A DNA stretch of 64,000 nt from Balneolaceae bacterium (GTDB lineage: Bacteria; Bacteroidota; Rhodothermia; Balneolales; Balneolaceae), in NCBI GenBank assembly GCA_009711805.1, contig VEMX01000028.1:59307-123306 (forward strand), read 5' to 3'. The position numbers were made by a program, and so were the translations under genes. Of the stretch, positions 57,943 to 64,000 are shown piece after piece. Position 1 is the first letter of the stretch, and each line of letters opens with the position of its first letter. The notes beneath the pieces were generated by a model. That model was given only the letters and a program-made list of their open reading frames with translations. It did not search any database and was not told the origin of the DNA.

Positions 57943-59403
57943 ATGGATAGACAAGAATTTTTAGCACTTAGCAAACAATACACAGCCGTACCGGTGTACC
58001 GGAGGATGCTGGCTGATGTACTTACGCCTGTTTCTCTTTTTATGAATATTAGGGAAGAGGCCGAATTTCCGTTTTTATTGGAATCGGTGGAAGGAGGAGA
58101 GCAGCTGGCCCGGTATTCTTTCCTGGGGAGAAATCCTTACCAAAAATTGATTTTTGACGGAGAACAAACCACTCTTCAACAAAATGGGAAGAAGGAGGTT
58201 GTGAAAGCTTCGTACTTTGATGAGCTCAGGGAACTAACCACGGCTTATTCTGAACCGGTACTTCCCGAACTACCTCGTTTGAAGGGAGGAGCCGTTGGTT
58301 TTTCAGCCTACGATACCTTTCGGCTGGTAGAAGATTTACCCCATCCTCCGAAGGATGACCTGAATCTGCCGGAAGCTATTTGGGCTTTTTATGATGAAAT
58401 TTATGCTTTCGACCACGTGAAGCACCAGGTGGTTTTGATTAAGACGGTGTTTGTGGAGGAAGAAGAGGACCTCAATACAGCTTACAACAAGGCTCAACAA
58501 AGTCTGGATGAGATGGAACAATCGGCCCTGAGGTCTAACTACAAATCCCGTTCGTTCAGTATTGATACGGAAGCCCTTAAATCCAATATAAAGCCGGAGT
58601 ATTTTGAGGAAATCGTCTCCAAAGGTAAAGAATATATTTACGAAGGGGATATATTCCAGGTAGTGCTGTCACAGCGGTTCGAAACCAATATGAGCGGTGA
58701 CCCTTTTATGCTGTACCGGGCCCTGCGCATGGTGAATCCATCCCCATATCTCTTTTATCTGGATTTTGGTGAATTTCAGCTGGTGGGTTCATCCCCCGAA
58801 GTACTGGTTCGGGTGCAGGATCGGGAAACAAGAGTGCTGCCCATAGCGGGTACCCGGCCTCGGGGCAAAAATCACCAGGAAGATTTAGCCCTGGAGGAAG
58901 ATTTGAAAAATGACCCCAAGGAAGTGGCCGAACATATTATGCTGGTTGATTTGGGGCGAAATGATTTGTCGCGGGTGTGTGAACCAGGATCAGTACAGAT
59001 GGAACGTAACCAGGTAATAGAACGATATTCGCATGTGATGCACATTGTAAGTGATGTGGTGGGCACTTTAAGCAAAGACCAAACCTCGGTGGATGCCCTT
59101 ATGCAGTGTTTTCCGGCCGGAACGGTAAGCGGAGCCCCTAAAATCCGGGCCATGGAAATTATTGACGAACTGGAACCCACTAAACGTGGTATTTATGCCG
59201 GAGCTGTGGGATATTTCGATTTTTCCGGTAATATGGATACTTGTATTGCCATCCGTACCATGGTGGTAGCACAGGATAAGGTATTGATACAGGCCGGGGC
59301 AGGTATTGTAGCCGACAGTGATCCCCATAAAGAATTCGAAGAAACAAGAAATAAAGCGGGGGCCTTGGTACAGGCACTCAGCGTAGCTTTAGATATAGAA
59401 TGA
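57943..59403 (+). CDS. trpE: Anthranilate synthase component I
   Basis: LLESVEGGE.., IAGTRPRG, and GAVGYFDFSGNMDTCIAIRT motifs. Confidence 0.95.
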   Translation: MDRQEFLALSKQYTAVPVYRRMLADVLTPVSLFMNIREEAEFPFLLESVEGGEQLARYSFLGRNPYQKLIFDGEQTTLQQNGKKEVVKASYFDELRELTTAYSEPVLPELPRLKGGAVGFSAYDTFRLVEDLPHPPKDDLNLPEAIWAFYDEIYAFDHVKHQVVLIKTVFVEEEEDLNTAYNKAQQSLDEMEQSALRSNYKSRSFSIDTEALKSNIKPEYFEEIVSKGKEYIYEGDIFQVVLSQRFETNMSGDPFMLYRALRMVNPSPYLFYLDFGEFQLVGSSPEVLVRVQDRETRVLPIAGTRPRGKNHQEDLALEEDLKNDPKEVAEHIMLVDLGRNDLSRVCEPGSVQMERNQVIERYSHVMHIVSDVVGTLSKDQTSVDALMQCFPAGTVSGAPKIRAMEIIDELEPTKRGIYAGAVGYFDFSGNMDTCIAIRTMVVAQDKVLIQAGAGIVADSDPHKEFEETRNKAGALVQALSVALDIE

Positions 59404-60395
59404 GTAAAACCAAGACAATTTTATCAGGAATACAGCCTTCAGGTAAACTCCATATAGGAAACTATTTCGGAGCCATCCGCCAGCATATAGCCATGCAGGA
59501 GGAAGGGGAAGCTTTTTATTTTATTGCAAACTATCACTCTCTTACCTCACTGAGTGATGGAGAACAGCTCCGCCAAAATACCATCGATGTTACCCTGGAT
59601 TACCTGGCTTTAGGCCTTGATCCTGAGAAAGCAACCTTCTTTGCCCAGTCGGATGTGCCACAGGTTACCGAACTGGCCTGGATGCTGGGGACACTTTGCC
59701 CGGTAAGCCTGATGGAGAAAGGGGTATCATACAAGGATAAAATTGCCGCAGGACTCAGCCCCAACATCGGGCTGTTTACCTATCCGATCCTCCAGGCAGC
59801 CGATATCCTCATTTACCATTCTGATGTAGTTCCGGTGGGGGAAGATCAAAAACAGAATATCGAGATTACCCGCGACCTGGCCGGTAAGTTTAATCACATG
59901 TATGATGGCGAATACCTGGTGATCCCGGAAGAACATATTGTAAAATCGGTAGCCGTGGTGCCGGGAGTAGATGGCCGCAAGATGAGTAAGAGTTACGATA
60001 ACACTATCAATATTTTTGCAGAGGGAAAGGCTTTAAAGAAACGAGTGATGTCAATCCAGACCGACTCAACCCCGCTGGACGAGCCTAAAGACCCAGGTAC
60101 ATGCAATGTGTTTGCCTTGATTAAGCTTTTTGCTGATGAGGAAACACAGGCTGAAATAGCCGACAAATATCGTGCAGGCGGGTATGGATATGGTCATGCC
60201 AAAAAAGAATTACTTGGGATGATTAAAGAGTATTTTGGAGAAGCCCGCGAGCGACGCAGGGAATTGGCCCTGGATCTTGATTATGTACATGATGTCCTGC
60301 GTGAGGGTAGTAAAAAAGCCCGGGAACGGGCAGAAACAGTGATGGAACCCATCAGGGAAGTCACGGGAATAGTACGCCATTTTAAACATGTATAA
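59400..60395 (+). CDS. trpS: Tryptophan--tRNA ligase
   Basis: Class I motifs GKLHIGNYFG (HIGH-type) and KMSKS. 331 aa, overlapping the trpE stop by 4 nt. Confidence 0.95.
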   Translation: MSKTKTILSGIQPSGKLHIGNYFGAIRQHIAMQEEGEAFYFIANYHSLTSLSDGEQLRQNTIDVTLDYLALGLDPEKATFFAQSDVPQVTELAWMLGTLCPVSLMEKGVSYKDKIAAGLSPNIGLFTYPILQAADILIYHSDVVPVGEDQKQNIEITRDLAGKFNHMYDGEYLVIPEEHIVKSVAVVPGVDGRKMSKSYDNTINIFAEGKALKKRVMSIQTDSTPLDEPKDPGTCNVFALIKLFADEETQAEIADKYRAGGYGYGHAKKELLGMIKEYFGEARERRRELALDLDYVHDVLREGSKKARERAETVMEPIREVTGIVRHFKHV

Positions 60396-60415
60396 CTTAT
60401 AAATATGCTGAAGCT

Positions 60416-60979
60416 GTGATTCTAATCATCGATAATTACGATTCTTTCACCTACAACCTGGTACACCTGGTTGCGGCAGAAACAGACGATTATAAAGTAG
60501 TCCGTAATGATGCCATGACACTGGAAGAAGTAAAAGAACTGAATCCCGATAAGATTCTTATTTCACCGGGGCCCGGCCGGCCTCATGAGGCAGGGATAAC
60601 AGAAGAATTGATTCGGGAGATGGGGAAGGATACACCCATTCTTGGTGTTTGTCTTGGATACCAGGCCATTGGCGAAGTGTTTGGAGCTAAAGTGGATTAT
60701 GCTCCTAAACTCATGCACGGCAAGGTTTCATCAGTATCACATAACGGTGATTCTATATTCAGGGGGCTATCGGAGGGCTTTACGGCCACCCGTTATCATT
60801 CACTGATTCTGGATGCTGAAAGTATACCGGATGTATTGGAAATAACAGCCCATTCCGACGATGGAGTTGTGATGGGTATCCGGCATAAAGATCATCCCAT
60901 TGAGGGTATCCAATTTCACCCCGAAAGCATTTTAACGGTCGAAGGACCCAAAATCATTTCAAACTGGTTAAAACAATAA
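60416..60979 (+). CDS. trpG: Anthranilate synthase component II (glutamine amidotransferase)
   Basis: The GTG start gives (M)ILIIDNYDSFTYNL. Nucleophile elbow ILGVCLGYQ, and the catalytic His in IQFHPES. Confidence 0.93.
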   Translation: MILIIDNYDSFTYNLVHLVAAETDDYKVVRNDAMTLEEVKELNPDKILISPGPGRPHEAGITEELIREMGKDTPILGVCLGYQAIGEVFGAKVDYAPKLMHGKVSSVSHNGDSIFRGLSEGFTATRYHSLILDAESIPDVLEITAHSDDGVVMGIRHKDHPIEGIQFHPESILTVEGPKIISNWLKQ

Positions 60980-62019
60980 TGGATTTTAAAAGCATACTTG
61001 GAAAACTTTCTTTCTCTGAAGACCTCACCCGCGAGGAGGCAGAAGCAGCCTTAAACCTAATCATGAATGGAGAAGTACATGAAGATCAGATTGCTTCTTT
61101 TTTGACGGCCATGCGCCTGAAAGGAGAAAGCATTGATGAACTTACGGCATTTGTGAAGGTAATGCGCGAGAAAGCCATAAAAGTGGATGTGGACGTAAGC
61201 GAAGCTATTGATCTTGTTGGAACCGGAGGTGATAAATCCGGGACGTTTAACATATCCACGGCAGCATCTTTTGTAACCGCGGGGGCCGGGGTGCCTGTGA
61301 TTAAACATGGAAACCGAAGCGCTTCAAGTAAATGCGGCAGTGCCGATGTGCTGGAACACCTGGGTGCGGAAATTGAACTGGGTAAAGAGGAAGTAGAAGA
61401 GGTATACAGGGAAGTGGGGATGAGCTTCATGTTTGCGCCCATGTTTCATCCCGCTATGAAATATGTAATGCCCACCCGCAAGCGACTTGGATTCCGAACG
61501 TTTTTCAATATCCTGGGACCTATGGTGAATCCGGCTGGGGTTAAGCGTTATGTGATTGGGGCTTACAGCAAGGAAGTAGCCGATAAAATGATTCACATCC
61601 TTTCTAACCTGGAAACCGATTTTGCCTACACCTTCAATGCACATGATGGATTGGATGAAGTGAGTTTGACTTCCTACTCCGAGATTTTTGAACTTAAGGA
61701 ACGCATAGTATCCAGATCCATATTGTTTGATCCTGAATCCATAGGCTTCAAAAAAGTGACGATGGAAGAACTGATGGGAGGAGGAAAGGAAAAGAATGCA
61801 GCTATTCTTACTGCGATTCTCTCCAACAAAGCAACCGAAGCCCAGAAGAATATGGCTTTGCTGAATGCAACTTTTGCTATTCAGGCATCCGGTAAAGTGG
61901 ATAAGCTGGGTGAAGCCAAAGAACTGGCTATAGAAAGTATCGAGAGCGGCAGTGCCTGGAAGGTCTTTAATCATTTTATTGAAGCCACTAACGAGGTTAA
62001 AGAGAAAATTGAATCATAG
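60979..62019 (+). CDS. trpD: Anthranilate phosphoribosyltransferase
   Basis: DLVGTGGDKSGTFNIST and VIKHGNRS motifs. The start overlaps the trpG stop (TAATG). Confidence 0.95.
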   Translation: MDFKSILGKLSFSEDLTREEAEAALNLIMNGEVHEDQIASFLTAMRLKGESIDELTAFVKVMREKAIKVDVDVSEAIDLVGTGGDKSGTFNISTAASFVTAGAGVPVIKHGNRSASSKCGSADVLEHLGAEIELGKEEVEEVYREVGMSFMFAPMFHPAMKYVMPTRKRLGFRTFFNILGPMVNPAGVKRYVIGAYSKEVADKMIHILSNLETDFAYTFNAHDGLDEVSLTSYSEIFELKERIVSRSILFDPESIGFKKVTMEELMGGGKEKNAAILTAILSNKATEAQKNMALLNATFAIQASGKVDKLGEAKELAIESIESGSAWKVFNHFIEATNEVKEKIES

Positions 62020-62094
62020 CTGTTAATCATCTGTCAGGCAGGGAATTAATTCTGTTAGGTGATGAACTGTATTAATAGAATTTTGTGTAGTACC

Positions 62095-62904
62095 ATGAAC
62101 ACCATTCTGGATAAAATTGTAGAACAAAGCCGCGAAGATCTTTCCCGACGAAAGCAGAAAGTATCCATGCGGGATTTTAATTCTTTTCAGGGCTATGAAA
62201 AGAAACGGCTTCATTTTGGTGAAACATTGCGTGGAAAGAATCAAATGTCAATCATTGCGGAGGTGAAAAAAGCATCACCTTCAAAAGGCATCATCCGGCC
62301 TGACTTTAAACCGGTAGATATAGCTTTGAGATATGAGGAGGGAGGAGCCTCAGCCATTTCGGTACTTACAGATGAACCTTTTTTCCAGGGAAAACTGGGA
62401 TATTTGGAATCCATCTCTCAAGTTGTGCAACTTCCCCTGCTCCGCAAAGATTTTTTAATTGATCCCTACCAGGTAAAAGAAGCAAGAGCTTTTGGTGCAG
62501 ATGCCGTGCTTATAATTGTGGCCATTACCGAGGGAAAGCAATTAGATGAATTATTACATGCCGCTGATGAATTTGGATTGGATGCATTGGTGGAATGCTA
62601 CAGCCAGGCAGACTTTGACCGGGTTAATTTTGACCTGGTAGACATACTGGGGGTGAATAACCGGGATCTCAGGGAATTTAACGTAGACGTGCACCGGGGA
62701 ATCAGCATCCTCCAACAAGCTCCCGCCGAAACCATATTGGTATCCGAAAGTGGGTTGAAATCGCCTGAAGATATGGCATTGCTCCAAAAAGAAGGTATAG
62801 ACGCTGCCCTTATAGGGGAATCACTTATGAGAGAAGCCGATCCCGGCCAGGCGGTAAAGGATTTACTTGAACAAACTGAAGAAGTGTTTCAAAAAAAAGT
62901 ATAG
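62095..62904 (+). CDS. trpC: Indole-3-glycerol phosphate synthase
   Basis: IIAEVKKASPSKG, LRKDF and ..NNRDL.. motifs. Start chosen at MNTILDKIV; the tracked ORF begins at 62059. Confidence 0.92.
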   Translation: MNTILDKIVEQSREDLSRRKQKVSMRDFNSFQGYEKKRLHFGETLRGKNQMSIIAEVKKASPSKGIIRPDFKPVDIALRYEEGGASAISVLTDEPFFQGKLGYLESISQVVQLPLLRKDFLIDPYQVKEARAFGADAVLIIVAITEGKQLDELLHAADEFGLDALVECYSQADFDRVNFDLVDILGVNNRDLREFNVDVHRGISILQQAPAETILVSESGLKSPEDMALLQKEGIDAALIGESLMREADPGQAVKDLLEQTEEVFQKKV

Positions 62905-63573
62905 ATGAGTCAAACAGACCAAAGAGTGAAAATTAAGATATGTGGAATTACCAACCTCGAAGACGCCCGCTTTGCAGCCGGAGCTCTCGTGGATTATCTC
63001 GGATTTATCTTCTACGAAAAAAGTCCCAGGTACATTGAACCCGGTGAGGCCGGTGCCATCATCAACTGGCTTGAAGGGCCTGATAAGGTAGGGGTATTTG
63101 TAAATCAACCGCTTGATGATGTTAACAATATTGCCAGGCAAACAGGACTCGATTACGTTCAGCTCCACGGTGATGAAAGCCCGGAGTACTGTGAGTTGGT
63201 AGAAAAACCCATCATAAAAGCCATTCACATTGAAGAAGAAACGGTTCCGTATTTGTTAAAGCATACCATTAATCAATATTCAGATGTTGCTGAATACCTG
63301 CTTTTTGATACTAAAATAGATGGGCTGTGGGGAGGAACCGGCCAGTCTTTTGATTGGAATATGCTGAAAGAAGTTGAAAATGAACTTCCCTTTTTCTTGT
63401 CGGGCGGATTGAGTCCATCAAACATAAAAGAAGCGGTAGAAACAGTTCAACCTTATGCGGTAGATATTTCAAGCAGCCTTGAAGCGGAAGCCGGTCTCAA
63501 GGATTTTGGAAAAATTGAAGACTTGATGGAACAGATGAGAGATATCTGGGAAAAGGATTCGATGAGTAGTTAA
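62905..63573 (+). CDS. trpF: Phosphoribosylanthranilate isomerase
   Basis: KIKICGIT.., YVQLHGDE and FLSGGLSPSN motifs. Confidence 0.92.
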   Translation: MSQTDQRVKIKICGITNLEDARFAAGALVDYLGFIFYEKSPRYIEPGEAGAIINWLEGPDKVGVFVNQPLDDVNNIARQTGLDYVQLHGDESPEYCELVEKPIIKAIHIEEETVPYLLKHTINQYSDVAEYLLFDTKIDGLWGGTGQSFDWNMLKEVENELPFFLSGGLSPSNIKEAVETVQPYAVDISSSLEAEAGLKDFGKIEDLMEQMRDIWEKDSMSS

Positions 63574-63699
63574 AACAGAACATAATGCTGAAATTGTTTT
63601 CAGCAACCTTAGACTGAATTATAAAGTGCATAAAGACTTTGAAATGTTCCTGAAATAACTTCAGAGTATGAATCAGAGTCACCTATATACTTACGAAAG

Positions 63700-64000
63700 A
63701 TGACACAGACAAACACCAAACCATATAACTTTCCCGATGCCCGGGGCTACTTCGGCAGCTATGGCGGGAAATTCGTTCCCGAAATCTTGATACCGGCTAT
63801 ACAGGCCCTGGAGCAAGAGTACCTGAAGGCCAAAGACGATCCGGAATTTCAAAAGGAATTTCATGGGCTTCTAAAAGAATATGTTGGCCGGCCAACTGAA
63901 CTCACCTTTGCAAACAGGCTCACCGAGCATTACGGTAAAGCAAAAATCTATTTAAAACGAGAAGATCTCTGCCATACCGGGGCACATAAAATCAATAATG
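63700..64000 (+). CDS. trpB: Tryptophan synthase beta chain (3' end beyond the window)
   Basis: Hand translation from ATG 63700 gives [30 protein letters not shown]...[17 protein letters not shown]. The ORF is open to the window end and is absent from the ORF track because it has no stop. Confidence 0.9.
   Translation, partial: MTQTNTKPYNFPDARGYFGSYGGKFVPEILIPAIQALEQEYLKAKDDPEFQKEFHGLLKEYVGRPTELTFANRLTEHYGKAKIYLKREDLCHTGAHKINN

Noticed and set aside
57745-57954. A 69-aa minus-strand ORF overlapping the trp leader and the trpE start.
   Set aside because: It is antisense to a leader, attenuator and trpE 5' end that are well explained by other features, and it has no protein-like features.

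Overview
This is a 64-kb chromosomal segment of moderate GC content from an FCB-group bacterium (Bacteroidota, Balneolota or Rhodothermota-like). The lineage call rests on three proteins with Por/T9SS C-terminal sorting domains, PorV/PorQ-like barrels, a Rho with a charged N-terminal insertion, and weak Shine-Dalgarno usage.

Gene content from left to right:
1. Starch/maltodextrin locus (1-13077): a T9SS-secreted CBM-like protein, a LacI regulator, four GH13 enzymes and a GPH/SLC45-type MFS transporter.
2. Noncoding mosaic (13078-14391) made of gene remnants and repeats.
3. Serine beta-lactamase-like gene, a Cys-less thioredoxin-fold gene, pabC, folC and rho.
4. A second repeat-filled insertion immediately after rho.
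5. Putative amino-sugar salvage cluster: SSS transporter, Tat-exported Gfo/Idh/MocA, nucleotidyltransferase and an APH-fold kinase.
6. Housekeeping genes: alr, tatC, glyA, rpiB, suhB-like, macro domain, BshB-like.
7. MacAB-TolC-type efflux system interrupted by three small membrane-anchored proteins.
8. A roughly 470-bp GC-rich structured element with inverted ends and 11-bp flanking direct repeats.
9. rsgA and pssA.
10. A tightly coupled nine-gene minus-strand operon combining glycan-synthesis genes with two PorV-like barrels and a T9SS cargo protein.
11. A trp operon (trpE-trpS-trpG-D-C-F-B) preceded by a WWW leader peptide and attenuator.

No rRNA, tRNA, CRISPR array or intact transposase was recognised.

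Most unusual items:
- The nine-gene T9SS-linked glycan operon.
- The repeat family that sits at duplicated 3' ends of genes.
- The structured MITE-like element at 42.1-42.6 kb.
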